50,544 nucleotides of DNA from contig JACRKZ010000010.1 in assembly GCA_016235455.1 (NCBI GenBank), forward strand, positions 1 to 50,544. The letters run 5' to 3'. Positions 36,965 to 47,384 of this stretch are shown in pieces (position 1 is the first letter of the stretch; each line of letters begins with the position of its first letter). The stretch comes from Armatimonadota bacterium (GTDB lineage Bacteria > Armatimonadota > UBA10988). The notes under the pieces are model-generated. The model made no database searches and was not told the DNA's origin. It saw only the letters and a program-made list of their open reading frames with translations. A program made the translations under genes and the position numbers.

Positions 36965-37489
36965 CTACGACCGCCGCGGTCGCGGCTTGCCGTTGGCCTT
37001 GGGCGAGCGCGCGCGTTTGGTCTCGTCGGTGCCCGCACGGCGCTTGGGGTAGACCGTCGGTCGCGCCGCGGCGGGTGCCACGGCGGGCGGCTCCTCGGCG
37101 CGCATCGTCAGCAGCGGCCGCGACTCGGCTTCCAGCGCGGCATAGGCCTCGCGCACCTCGGCCAGTTGTGCGCTCAGCAGCGCTGCCTGGCCGCGCGCGT
37201 TCTCGGTCTCACGCCGCAGCACGGTCGATTCCTCGCGCAGCCGTTCGGCCTCGCGTTCGGCGCGGCGCCGGTCGCGCCCGCTGAGCAGCTGCCCGCGCAG
37301 CGTCAGCATGACCGCAAACAGCGCGCCCCCGACCATGCTGCCGCCGATCAGTTCCAGCACGCTGGCCGTAACCGCGAAGGTCTGCCCCTGCCAGCCGACG
37401 TTGAAGGTCACCGGCGACGGGTTGAACGTGATCAACATCCCGCCGACGAACATCATCGCGACCAAGAGCACCAGGTAGACCAATGGCAT
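36965..37489 (-). CDS. LapA-like two-TM membrane protein with coiled-coil tail
   Basis: two hydrophobic helices separated by NPSPVTFN, then a coiled coil. Confidence 0.6.
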   Translation of the reverse strand: MPLVYLVLLVAMMFVGGMLITFNPSPVTFNVGWQGQTFAVTASVLELIGGSMVGGALFAVMLTLRGQLLSGRDRRRAEREAERLREESTVLRRETENARGQAALLSAQLAEVREAYAALEAESRPLLTMRAEEPPAVAPAAARPTVYPKRRAGTDETKRARSPKANGKPRPRRS

Positions 37490-37590
37490 GGCGGACCTTT
37501 CAGGATACTGGGTATAGCACTCATACGGCCCGATGGTCAAGCCCGGCCAGCGCGCCGCATCGCGGCGCCGCGCGGCCGCCGAGGCCAGCA

Positions 37591-38538
37591 CTACTCCTGT
37601 GGCCGCTCCTGCTGTCCGTCCAGCAGGGCGAGGGCACTCTCGGACCGGTGGCCCAGGCTGGGTACCAGACTGGCGAGACACTCCTGCGCTCGGCGATAGC
37701 CCAGATCGATCATCTCCGCGGCGCGATAGAGTTCCAGTGTCTGGCACGCGTCGTGGGCGATCTCGATGACCACGTCGGGTGGATAGGCCGCCAGCTTGGT
37801 GCGAGCGATGGCGCTCTGCATCGTCTCAAAGGACCGGAGCACGAGTTCGTAGGGTCCCCAGTCGCTCTCGGGCAGCGACCGGCCGCTAGGCTGGAACCGC
37901 GCGATGAAGTGCTTGATCCGCTCCTGCAGGTCCGGGGCATGGTCGGCCGACCCGTCCTCCGGCGCCACGGGCGGCTCCGGTCCCCGCGGGGCACCGTCCA
38001 GGTTGACGGCGACGGTCAGGTCGGTCCCATCGCCAAACGTCGGAGCGATCGGCACCGGGTTCAGGATCCCGCCGTCGACCAGGTCCATCCCCTTGTAGCG
38101 GATCGGTGTGAACAGCAGGGGTATGGAGATGGATGCCCGGATGGCCCCGAACAGACTGCCCTGCTGGATCCACACCTCCTTGTGCGCCCTGACATCCGTC
38201 GCCACGGCCGTGAAGGTGATCGGCAGGTCCTCGATCGGCTGGTCGCCGACGAGGTCTTTCAGGGCGTTGATCAGCTTGTCGCCCCGCAGCATCCCGCTCC
38301 TCTGCCACGAGAGGTCCACCAAGGCGACCATATCCAGCTTGGTCACGGAGCGCAGCCATTGTTCGGTCTGCGCCAGCTTGCCGGCGGCATACACGCCGCC
38401 GATGAGGGCGCCGATGGACGTGCCCGCGATGGAGCGGATAGAGAAGCCGTGTTCCTCAAGCCAGTGGATGACCCCAATGTGGGCCAGTCCGCGTGCGCCG
38501 CCGCTCCCCAGAACCAGCGATACCGTCTTCATGGTCAC
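37591..38538 (-). CDS. patatin-like phospholipase (RssA/NTE family)
   Basis: GSGGARGLAHIG, GTSIG, DGG. Confidence 0.93.
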   Translation of the reverse strand: MTMKTVSLVLGSGGARGLAHIGVIHWLEEHGFSIRSIAGTSIGALIGGVYAAGKLAQTEQWLRSVTKLDMVALVDLSWQRSGMLRGDKLINALKDLVGDQPIEDLPITFTAVATDVRAHKEVWIQQGSLFGAIRASISIPLLFTPIRYKGMDLVDGGILNPVPIAPTFGDGTDLTVAVNLDGAPRGPEPPVAPEDGSADHAPDLQERIKHFIARFQPSGRSLPESDWGPYELVLRSFETMQSAIARTKLAAYPPDVVIEIAHDACQTLELYRAAEMIDLGYRRAQECLASLVPSLGHRSESALALLDGQQERPQE

Positions 38539-38574
38539 TTACCCCCTCAGCGCGGTGCTCGCCGGCGCCGGAGC

Positions 38575-39378
38575 TCACGCCTGACCCGCGGCCAGCCGCC
38601 GCAGGGCCGGCGCACTGCTGTATTCGTCGAGCGCATGGCGGCACGGGCAGTCGAGCGGCTGCGAAGCCGCGACCACGCGGCCCAGCAAGTGCTGCAGCTC
38701 CTCCAGTCGCTGGGCCATCATCTCCCCCACCTCGCCGTGTGTCAGCGGCTGGCCGGCGATGCCCGCGGCCCAGTTGGTGGCGATGGCGATGCCGGCGTAG
38801 CACAGTTCCGCCTCGCGGGCCAAGGTCACCTCGGGCACGCTGGTCATGCCCACCAGATCGGCGCCCATGGCCCGATACGCGCGGATCTCCGCCGGTGTCT
38901 CGAAGCGCGGACCATTGGTGCAGGCGTAGACCGCTTCGTCGCGCAGCGCGATGCCCAGGTCGGCCGCGGCGCTGCCCAGCATGGCGCGCAGCGTGGGGCA
39001 GTAAGGCACCGTGCTATCCAGGTGCGCCACGGTCTCGTCGAAGAAAGTATGCTCTCGACCGCTGGTCAAATCCAGGAAGTCCGTGAGCAGAGCCATGCTG
39101 CCGGGCGGGATATCGGGGCTGAGCGTGCCCACCGCAGAGCTGGCCAGCACCAGGCTGGCGCCCGCGGCCTTCAGCGCGGCGATGTTGGCGCGGTAGTTGA
39201 TGCGGTGCGGCGGCAGGGCATGGCTGGCGCCATGCCGCGGCAGGAAGATGACCTCACGGCCGTGCCAAGTGCCGCGCCGCAGCTCGACACTGCCCCAGCG
39301 CGTGACCACCTCCTCGCGGGTCAGGTCGACACCCGGCAGCCGGCACAGGCCGGTGCCGCCGATCAGGGCGATGCTCAT
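38575..39378 (-). CDS. mtnP: MTAP/MTIP-family purine nucleoside phosphorylase
   Basis: IGGTG, RHG..H.LPPH.INYRAN, GPRFETPAE, VGMTSVPE; base-specificity loop TNWAAG. Confidence 0.88.
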   Translation of the reverse strand: MSIALIGGTGLCRLPGVDLTREEVVTRWGSVELRRGTWHGREVIFLPRHGASHALPPHRINYRANIAALKAAGASLVLASSAVGTLSPDIPPGSMALLTDFLDLTSGREHTFFDETVAHLDSTVPYCPTLRAMLGSAAADLGIALRDEAVYACTNGPRFETPAEIRAYRAMGADLVGMTSVPEVTLAREAELCYAGIAIATNWAAGIAGQPLTHGEVGEMMAQRLEELQHLLGRVVAASQPLDCPCRHALDEYSSAPALRRLAAGQA

Positions 39379-40166
39379 GGCAGGTAGCGTCCTTCCAGTT
39401 CGTCCAACTCGGCCAGCGCCGCGCCGAAGCGGGCCAGCCCCTCGGCCTCGCGCGGGCCGTAGTCGTAATGGATGACCTCGGTCAGGTAGGTCTGGCAGAC
39501 GGCCTCCGAAAGACCGAGCCGAGCCGCCTCGGACCGCGCGATGTGCGGGATCTCCGGCGCCGAGAGCTGTCGCGCGCGCCGCAGCAGCGCGGTGAGTTGC
39601 GGCGTTGGCTGGCGCGACAGCCAGGTGGCGAAGACGAACGGCAGACCCGTCCACTCGTGCCAGGCCTCGCCCAGGTCGATCACCTGGTAGTGTCCCGTAT
39701 CCTGTGCCACGTAACGCACCAGGCCGGGGTCGCCGATGATCAGCGCGGCGTCGTGCGCGGTCAACATGCTGGGCAGGTGCGGCGCCATGGCCTCGAAGGT
39801 CGGCTCCAGCCCCCAGGCCAGCCGGCACAGCACGCGGGTCAGGGCCGCCGCGCAGAGCGAGCTGGTATCGAGCGCCACACTGCGCACGCGCTCGATGGGC
39901 ACGCGGCAGAAGAGCAGCACGCTCTGCACCGGCCCGTCGGCCGAGATGCAGCCGGCATCGGGCACGACCTGGAAGCTGGGGTCCTGCACATGCACCACGG
40001 CCGACAGCATGGCCGCGTCGAGCCGGCCGGCCCGCAGCTCGGCGCCGAGCACCGACGGCACATCCGACACCACCTCGACACCGGGTAGCAGGCCCGCTTC
40101 CAGCGCCCAGGTCAGCGGCTTGGCGTTGAGATACGACACTACCCCGATGCGCGGCAGGCGACTCAC
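39375..40166 (-). CDS. mqnA: chorismate dehydratase MqnA (futalosine pathway)
   Basis: VSYLNAKPL, GPVQSV, LIIGDP, DLGEAW..WTGLPFVFA.W. Confidence 0.9.
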   Translation of the reverse strand: MSRLPRIGVVSYLNAKPLTWALEAGLLPGVEVVSDVPSVLGAELRAGRLDAAMLSAVVHVQDPSFQVVPDAGCISADGPVQSVLLFCRVPIERVRSVALDTSSLCAAALTRVLCRLAWGLEPTFEAMAPHLPSMLTAHDAALIIGDPGLVRYVAQDTGHYQVIDLGEAWHEWTGLPFVFATWLSRQPTPQLTALLRRARQLSAPEIPHIARSEAARLGLSEAVCQTYLTEVIHYDYGPREAEGLARFGAALAELDELEGRYLP

Positions 40167-42905
40167 GAGGCCCGCCTCCTCCGCCGCAGCGCGACGACAC
40201 CACCGCCGATGAGCACGAGCAGCAGAGCCAGCGCCGCGGCCTGCTGCCAGCGCGGCCGGCCGACGTAGGTCAGCTCCACGACGTCCAACGCCAGGTCGCC
40301 CGCGGCCTGCGGCGCCAGCGCCAGTTCGTTGAGCCCGCCACGCATCGTGAGCGACGCCTCGGCGCCTTTGCCCAGCGCCTCGCCAGCCCCGTTGCTGTCC
40401 AACGTGCCGAACGGCTGGCCACCGATGCTGGCCCTGGCCGCCACGCCGGCCGGTACCTTGGCCTCGACCACCCGTGCCTTGTAGCGGCCGGCACGCGGCG
40501 CGACCAGACCGAAGCGCACCGGCCGGCCGGCTTGCGCGGTGACCTTGACGTACGCCCCACCCGACCACTTGGGCTCGGCGCCGAAGCGTTCCTTGACGAC
40601 CATGGTCCGCGCGGCCTCGCCCAAGGGGATCAGGCACTCCGCCTCGTGACCGCGTTGGGCCGGCTTGAGCAGCAGGTAGTCCAATGTCACCGGCTTGGCC
40701 TCGTTGGCCACGAGCGAGAGCTTGTGCTGGCCGGCGTTCAGCCGCCAGGTGCCCAGCCCGTATCGCGCGCCGACGGCCGCCGGCTCCGCGCGGCAGTCGA
40801 CCGAGCCGGCCGGCCGGCCATCAACCAGCACCTTGGCGCTGCCCTGGTCGGCCGCCTGCAACCACGCCGCGGTCAGGCCCAGATCACCGCTCTCCTTGAC
40901 GTCAAACGGCACATCGCAGCGGTCACCCGCCTTGGCCGGCGTGAAGCGCAGCGCCGCGCCACCACTGCACACCGCCTCCGTCGGAATGGCGCCGCCGACC
41001 AGTGCCGGCGAGCGGACCACCCCCTTGGGCAACTCAATGACGGCCTGCGCCTGTCCACCGGTGCAGACAGCCTTCAGGTCCTCGGCCTCGACCGCGCCCT
41101 TGACCTTACCCACCTCGCGCAGCCACAGGTAGTCGACGGCATCATGCACAGCGCCCGAGAAGGTCAGAGCCAACTGGCCCTTGCCCACGCGGCGGTAGCC
41201 CAGGCTGTCGGCGGATCGACCTTCGGTCACCCAGCCGTCGCCGGCCAGTTTGCGGGTCAGGCCCGCGGCGCTGCCGCCGCGCAGGCCGACTTCCCACAGG
41301 CCGATGTTGGGAATGGGCAGCGTCAGCAGCAGCGGCTCGCCGCCGTGCAGCGTGAAGCTGAGCACCTTGCCGCCGCTGGCCTGGTAGGGCAGGCCCTCGT
41401 CGCCGGTCACGGCCACATCGTCGCCCTCGGGCTTCTGGACTCGGTCGAGCAGCGTCTCGGCCTCGACGATGCGCCTCGACGATGCGCCGGTCGTCGGCCT
41501 TCTCGGTGAAGGGCGGCAGCGGCTCGGCGATGGGCATGGGCGCGGAGACGTACGGCGTGGCGCTGTACCAGTAGGCCACGCTGCGGTAGCGACAATCAGG
41601 CGCGTCGTTGTGCGCGCCATGCTCGAGCGTGGCCTGGAGGCGCTTGGCGAACGGGATGGCGTCGTTGAGGTGCCAGCGGTAGGCGGCCACGCGCGTCTTG
41701 CCAGCCAGCAGCGTCGGCGCACCAGCGAACGGGTCGGCGAACGGCCCTCTGCGGAAGAACCAGGCGCCGTCGAAGTAGTCCTCGGTGCCGGTGCCCTGGA
41801 GCTTCTCGCCGCCGTCCACGACGAACGTCTCGTCGCCTTCGAGGAACTTGAGGTCGTCCTGGCCGACCAGCGTCACCGCCGTGCCGACGTACTTGCCCGC
41901 GCCGGTGACGTCGAGCAGCGTGTGGGGCTTGCCGGATTCGGTGGTGGAAGCGTGGCCGGTGGCGCAGAAGTAGCCTTCGCCAGAGGCTTCGCCCGGCAAC
42001 AGCGCGAAGTGCACACTGACCTGGCTCTGCCCGGCGTTGACCAGCGCCACTGTGGCCCGCGTGCGGTAGGGCATTGACGGACGCAGCGTGTAGCCGTCGG
42101 GACCGTACGACGCGAGCAGCCCCGCGGAGCGCACGCGCCCGAGGCCGGCGACCGCCAGGTCGCCGAGCGGCACATCGACGCTGGGGCCGGAGGCCCCATC
42201 CCAGGTCAGTTGCACACGCAGCGCGCGAAGCACCGCCAACGTGTCCGGCGACGGTTTGATCGACAAACGGCGGATGCTGCCGGCGCCCGACAGCTCCCGC
42301 AAGGTGGCGCGACCACCAGGCGGCACCGAGGCATCGCCTTGCACCGTCTCGACGGACCCCACCGGGACGGAAGACCGGAGCTGCAGCGGGTCGACCGAGC
42401 GCGCCTCGAACGTGGTCAGGCCCGTGGCACTGGGCAGCGTGGTGTAGTTGACCTGGTAGTAGAGCTGGTCAACGCCCTCGGCTTCGACGCGAGCGTGCTT
42501 GACGAAGGGCATCCGCCAGGTGCAGGACACGCCGCCTCCGGCGACCGAGCAGTACCCCGGCACACGCGGCCAGTGGCTGCCGGGCGTCCCGAGCTGGTCG
42601 AACGGTAGCTCCAAGCGCGGCTTGTCCTCGCCGTCGAAGAAGACACGCAGCGTGCCGGCGGGGTTGGCGCTCCAAATGCGGGTGATCACGCCGGGCCCAT
42701 CGGCGTCCATCAGCACCACGCGGCCGCCCTCGCGGCGCAGGTAGTTGCCACGGTCGTTGTTGCCGCCGGTGGGGTCGGCGCTGGAGGCCAGGTGCGCCGT
42801 GCCGCCGGCCAACTCCGGCCGCAGCGACCATTCGATCCACGGCGGGTCTTGCGCCCAGCCGTTCGCCGCGCACCCCATCATCACCAGCAACGCACGCCAG
42901 CCCAT
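40163..42905 (-). pseudogene. DUF2961 (GH172-like) exported protein interrupted by a 13-bp duplication
   Basis: SSADPTGGNND, GPGVITRIW, FLEGDE, GTGTEDYF.GAW, YRWH, SVAYWY; frame switch at duplicated CCTCGACGATGCG (41461-41486). Confidence 0.82.
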
Positions 42906-42998
42906 GCCCGACTACCTCCGATGGTCATCGTATCCTCGGCAGTTTATCATGACACGGGCACGACCGCGCTGCGCCCGACCCGTCCAGCGCCGGCGCCA

Positions 42999-45900
42999 TC
43001 AACCCGCGGCAACGACTGCCAGGCGACGGCGGCGCCGCAGCAGCCAGACGGCGACTGCCGCCGCCGCCAGCACCTCGATCGGCAGGCGGATCTTCCAGCG
43101 CTCGATGCCCAGGTAGGTCAACTCCACCGTGTCGAGGCCGACCAGGCCGGCCTCGGTGGCCGCGAAGACCAGCCGGTGCGCGCCCGGCGACAGATCGAGG
43201 CGCACCGCCAGTCGCGGGCTGGGCGCCACACGCTCGCCACGACAGTCGAGCACGCCCAGCGGCACATCGTCGAGCCGCGCCAGCGCCTTGACGCCAACCG
43301 AGGGCGCCGCCACCGGTGGCCGCGGCGGCGTGCGTGACCCCAGCGCGGGGGCCACCACGGCAGACTCCATCGGGCGCTCGGGCCGTTGCAACGGCACCAA
43401 CGGCGGCACCTTCACCCCAGCCACGCTGACTCGGTAGTAGCCCGGGCGGGGCACGTTCAGCGGGAACTCGATGGTGCTCTCGGACCCTGGGCAGGCGGCC
43501 GTGACGTAGGCATCGCCCGACCATTGCGGTTGCTCGGCGGAGCGCTCGTGGATGACCAGCCGGCCGGGGCTGTCGTCGCTCGGCACCAGGCTCTCGGCCT
43601 CCATGGCTCGTCCGCTGGACCGCAACAACAGGTAGTCCAGGTCGATGCACCCGCCGTCCTTGGCCACGAAGGTCAGATGGTGCTCGCCCGGCGCGCTGAA
43701 ACGATGCGTGCCCAGCGCCCAGCGCGCGCCAACGCGCTCCTCGCCGTCGGTGTCGATGGTGGCCACGGCCTGGCCATCCAGCAACACCTGTGCCTGGCCG
43801 CCGCTCGGCCCCTGACCGCAGGATGCCCACAGACCGTAGCTGCCAGCGGACGGCACGGGGAAGGCCACGTCGAACCGGTCTCCCGGCCTGCCCGGCCGCA
43901 GGCGCATCGCGGCGTTGCCGCTGTAGACCGCCTCCGGCGGCACGCAGCCGCCGACCAGCGCCTCGGACCGCTCGGCCTTGAGCGGCGTCTCCACGCGCTC
44001 GATGCCGGCGGGCTTCGGCGTCGCTGGTGTCGGCAACGGGGCCGGCGGCGCCGTCGCGGGCTTGGCTGGCGCCGCCGCGGCTGGCGCGGCTGGCATGGCC
44101 AAGGCTGGTCGGGCGGACGCCTTGGCCGGCGCGGCCACGACCGTACAGGTCAGTTGCTCGGCCTCAAGGCAACCCTCCACCCGGCCCACTTCGCGCAGCC
44201 AGAAGTAGTCGATTGCGCCAAGGCCCCGGCCGAGCTCTGGCAGCGTGTCCGGCATCAGGTCCGCGAACCGAGGCTTGGCGCTGAGCGTCACCGCCACCGC
44301 GCGGTCCTTGGAGTTGGCGAAGCCCAGGGCATCGTCGCGAACCACTGCCCCGGCGGGCCGCCAGTATGGCCGTTCACCAAGCGAGGCGTCGGCCACGTCA
44401 GCGTCGTTGGCGCGCCAGCCCACCTCCCACAGGCCGTCGCGGGGCACTGGGACAGGCACCACCAGCCGCTTGATCTGCCCTTCGCGGACTGGCACCACAC
44501 TGAGGCGCAGGCCCTCCTCCCGGGCCTGGCCAGCGAACGGATCGGGCAACACCACCGGCTCGATGTCGAAGGCCAGCACTCGGCCGCCACTGGCCTGGAG
44601 AGTCATCGCGCTGTCTTCGCGCACCGCCACCGAGCAGCCCTCACTCGGCTTGATGCGCTCCAGCAGGCTCTCGGCCTCCACTACGGTGCGCCCCGTTAGC
44701 CGCTCCGAGAACGGCGGCGTTGCCTCCCAGGCCGGCATCGCCGGCGAGACCCGCGGCTCGGGACACCGCCACCAGGCGACGGTGCGGTAGAGCTGGCCGG
44801 GCAGGCTGTTGTCACCTCCGTGGGCCAGAGTGACCAGGCAACGCTGGGTGAAACTGGCGGCGCCCATGCGATCGATCGCCCGGCCGGCCAGCCGGCTGGC
44901 GCCGGCCTGGAGCACTCCGCCAAGGCCGAACAAGGCACCAAGGCCCGGGCTGCCTTGCGCCAGACGCCCATCGGTCTGGACCCGCACCACGCCATCGCGG
45001 TAGCGGCCGGCTTCATCGCCCAGCAGCGTGCAGCTACAGCCCAGGTACTCGCCAGAGCCTTGGGCATCAAGGACGGCGAATGGCCGGCCGGCGACCGTGC
45101 GCTCGGCGCGCCCCGTCAGGCACACGTAGTTCTCATTGCCGCTGGGCACCTCGCCCGGCATCACCACATAGCGCACGCTCATCGGCTGCGCCGTGGTATT
45201 CGTCAGCACCAAGCGGGCGCGCCGCCGGTAAGGCATCTCCACGAACCGCTCGGTGCTCAGCCGCATCTCGCTTGCCCGTCCATGGCGTGAGTGGGCCATG
45301 CCCAATCCCATGGCATACAGGTCCGCCAGCGGCAGATCGAGGCTGGGTCCGGCGGCGTCATCCCAGGTCAACTGCACACGCAGACCACGCGCGACGGCCA
45401 GCGTGAAAGGTTCGGGCAGCAATCGCAGGTCGGCCACGGTGCCAGGACCCGGCAGGTCCAACGCCGTCTGCCGCTCACCAGGCGCCAGGCGCACCTCGCC
45501 GCGGGGGATCTTGGCCATCGCCGCCGCAAAGGCCTTGCTGAAGGCAGCCGCCTTGTCCGCTGCGTCTTGCGCGTCGGGCTTGACCTGGGTCTGGCGCGCT
45601 GGGGGATCTGGGACCTCGACCTTGTGCTGGGCCGGCGGGTCCATCACGTAGCCGATCTGGTACCGCAGCCGGCCCGCGCCGACCGCTTCCACGCGCACGC
45701 GCTTCTCGAACGACACGTCTAGCGATTGGTTCACACCGAACCCGCGGTCGATGCTCAGACCGGCGAAGCGCGGCCACCCCAGGTCGGCCATCGGCGTCTG
45801 GACCGCTGGCTCGGCCCGGTCATCGACCAGCACGCGCAGCGTGCCCGACGGGTTGCCGCACCACAGATTGGCGAGACGGCCACGCCCCGCCACGTCGAGC

Positions 45901-46091
45901 AGCACGGCGCGGTCGCCCTCGACGCGCACGTAGTACCCGGCGCCATCACCGGCGCCCGATGGGTCGACGCTCGACACCACGTGCCAGCTTGGCTCCGGCT
46001 GGCCCGAGGACGAAGGCGCAGTGCCCGCGTTCGACGGCGACCAACCCAGCGCTACACAGAAGAACACCCCGCCTAGACACCACCACCGCAT
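42999..46091 (-). CDS. degenerate DUF2961-like exported protein with C-terminal TM anchor
   Basis: colinear with the downstream paralog (SSVDPSG, LRVQLTWD, YRTVAWW, VEAESLL, LQASGGRVL, ELTYLG). Confidence 0.75.
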   Translation of the reverse strand: MRWWCLGGVFFCVALGWSPSNAGTAPSSSGQPEPSWHVVSSVDPSGAGDGAGYYVRVEGDRAVLLDVAGRGRLANLWCGNPSGTLRVLVDDRAEPAVQTPMADLGWPRFAGLSIDRGFGVNQSLDVSFEKRVRVEAVGAGRLRYQIGYVMDPPAQHKVEVPDPPARQTQVKPDAQDAADKAAAFSKAFAAAMAKIPRGEVRLAPGERQTALDLPGPGTVADLRLLPEPFTLAVARGLRVQLTWDDAAGPSLDLPLADLYAMGLGMAHSRHGRASEMRLSTERFVEMPYRRRARLVLTNTTAQPMSVRYVVMPGEVPSGNENYVCLTGRAERTVAGRPFAVLDAQGSGEYLGCSCTLLGDEAGRYRDGVVRVQTDGRLAQGSPGLGALFGLGGVLQAGASRLAGRAIDRMGAASFTQRCLVTLAHGGDNSLPGQLYRTVAWWRCPEPRVSPAMPAWEATPPFSERLTGRTVVEAESLLERIKPSEGCSVAVREDSAMTLQASGGRVLAFDIEPVVLPDPFAGQAREEGLRLSVVPVREGQIKRLVVPVPVPRDGLWEVGWRANDADVADASLGERPYWRPAGAVVRDDALGFANSKDRAVAVTLSAKPRFADLMPDTLPELGRGLGAIDYFWLREVGRVEGCLEAEQLTCTVVAAPAKASARPALAMPAAPAAAAPAKPATAPPAPLPTPATPKPAGIERVETPLKAERSEALVGGCVPPEAVYSGNAAMRLRPGRPGDRFDVAFPVPSAGSYGLWASCGQGPSGGQAQVLLDGQAVATIDTDGEERVGARWALGTHRFSAPGEHHLTFVAKDGGCIDLDYLLLRSSGRAMEAESLVPSDDSPGRLVIHERSAEQPQWSGDAYVTAACPGSESTIEFPLNVPRPGYYRVSVAGVKVPPLVPLQRPERPMESAVVAPALGSRTPPRPPVAAPSVGVKALARLDDVPLGVLDCRGERVAPSPRLAVRLDLSPGAHRLVFAATEAGLVGLDTVELTYLGIERWKIRLPIEVLAAAAVAVWLLRRRRRLAVVAAG

Positions 46092-46163
46092 GGTCTGCCC
46101 CTTCTTGACTCGCGCTATTCTGTTGAGTCTAGCAGATGCCGCTGCGGCGCGCTGGGCAATGTG

Positions 46164-47252
46164 TCAACTTGGAGCTAGCTCCACCACCAGATCCAGGTAA
46201 CGCCGGATGGCCTCGCCCGGCACATTCCAGGGGATGTGGTTGCCGATACAGAACATGTAGCCGCCGGTCATGCGCGCGGTCTCGCACATCTCGACGACCA
46301 TGGCGCGGATCTCGTCGGGCTGGTTGCGGCTGAGGATGCGGTTGTCGCCCTCACCCGCGGCGAAGCAGTTCTGGTAGCGTCGGGCCAGCGCCTTGTAGTT
46401 GGTGTACGGCTCGGAGATGATGCCGCGCGCGCCGCAGGCCATGACATCGGGCGCGTAGGCGTCCACGCAACCATCGACCATGAAGATGACTTCCTTGCCG
46501 GCGTCGCGCAGGATGCCCCAGAACTCCTCATAGCGCGGGAAGATGTACTTGCGCATCCAGGCCGGCGAGCAGACCGGGCCGCGCGTGGTGACAATGTCGT
46601 CGTGGCAGACCACCGTGCTGATGGGCAACCGCGCGAAGGTGCGGAAGACGCGCCGATTGATCTCGGCGAACTCGTCCATGATCCGCTCGAAGCGCGGGTC
46701 CAGGCACATCTCCAGGAAGCGCTCCCAGCCGAAGGTCAGCAGCGGCCACATGAACATGGTGTTGTAAAAGCCGGCGCTGCCCTCGCCCGGCGGCGGCGTG
46801 TCGCCCCACTCGGCCGGGTAGTTGGCGCGGTAGGCCTGGTACAGCGCCTCCTCGTCGGAGTAGTCACGCGATTCGACCACGGGGATGTGCGTGAAGTCGC
46901 CCTGCTCGAGCGGCGAGAAGGCGAAGGCTTCGTCGAGGCTGGCGAAATGCCGGCCCCAGTCCCAGTGCCCGCTCTCGCCATCACCCCAGCGCACATGGCG
47001 CCGGCCGTCGGTGTCCGTTGTCTGCGTCTCGCCTGACAGACCCAGTCCCGGTCTGGGCTTGGGCGTGTCTTCGGCGGGGATGCCCAGCCCAAGTTGCGGG
47101 TACAGCTCGGCCAGCTTCTGGCGGCACAGCCGCGGATGGTCGTAGTAGTCGATGCCGGTCAGATAGGTCTCGGCATCGGGGCACGACCAGTGCTCCCAGT
47201 GCGGCACGGGCCGCGGTGCCATGCCCATCACCGCGCGATACCAGTTGTTCAT
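46164..47252 (-). CDS. uroporphyrinogen decarboxylase / MtaA-CmuA superfamily protein
   Basis: HDDI...GP..SP.WMRKYIFP.Y, VDG, GGYMFCIGNHIP. Confidence 0.75.
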   Translation of the reverse strand: MNNWYRAVMGMAPRPVPHWEHWSCPDAETYLTGIDYYDHPRLCRQKLAELYPQLGLGIPAEDTPKPRPGLGLSGETQTTDTDGRRHVRWGDGESGHWDWGRHFASLDEAFAFSPLEQGDFTHIPVVESRDYSDEEALYQAYRANYPAEWGDTPPPGEGSAGFYNTMFMWPLLTFGWERFLEMCLDPRFERIMDEFAEINRRVFRTFARLPISTVVCHDDIVTTRGPVCSPAWMRKYIFPRYEEFWGILRDAGKEVIFMVDGCVDAYAPDVMACGARGIISEPYTNYKALARRYQNCFAAGEGDNRILSRNQPDEIRAMVVEMCETARMTGGYMFCIGNHIPWNVPGEAIRRYLDLVVELAPS

Positions 47253-47254
47253 GG

Positions 47255-47364
47255 CGCGGAATGTACCACATCGGGACGTTGGCGGCAGAGCAGGAAACGA
47301 TGGGCTGCCCGGATTCCTACGTCTCACGTCCCACCTGTCACGCCCCGATGTGGTACATTCCGCG
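47255..47364. promoter_or_regulatory. 25-bp inverted repeat carrying two outward-facing extended -10 elements
   Basis: CGCGGAATGTACCACATCGGGACGT / ACGCCCCGATGTGGTACATTCCGCG; each arm reads TGG-TACATT toward its gene. Confidence 0.6.
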
Positions 47365-47384
47365 GAACCAACCGAGGAGCCATC

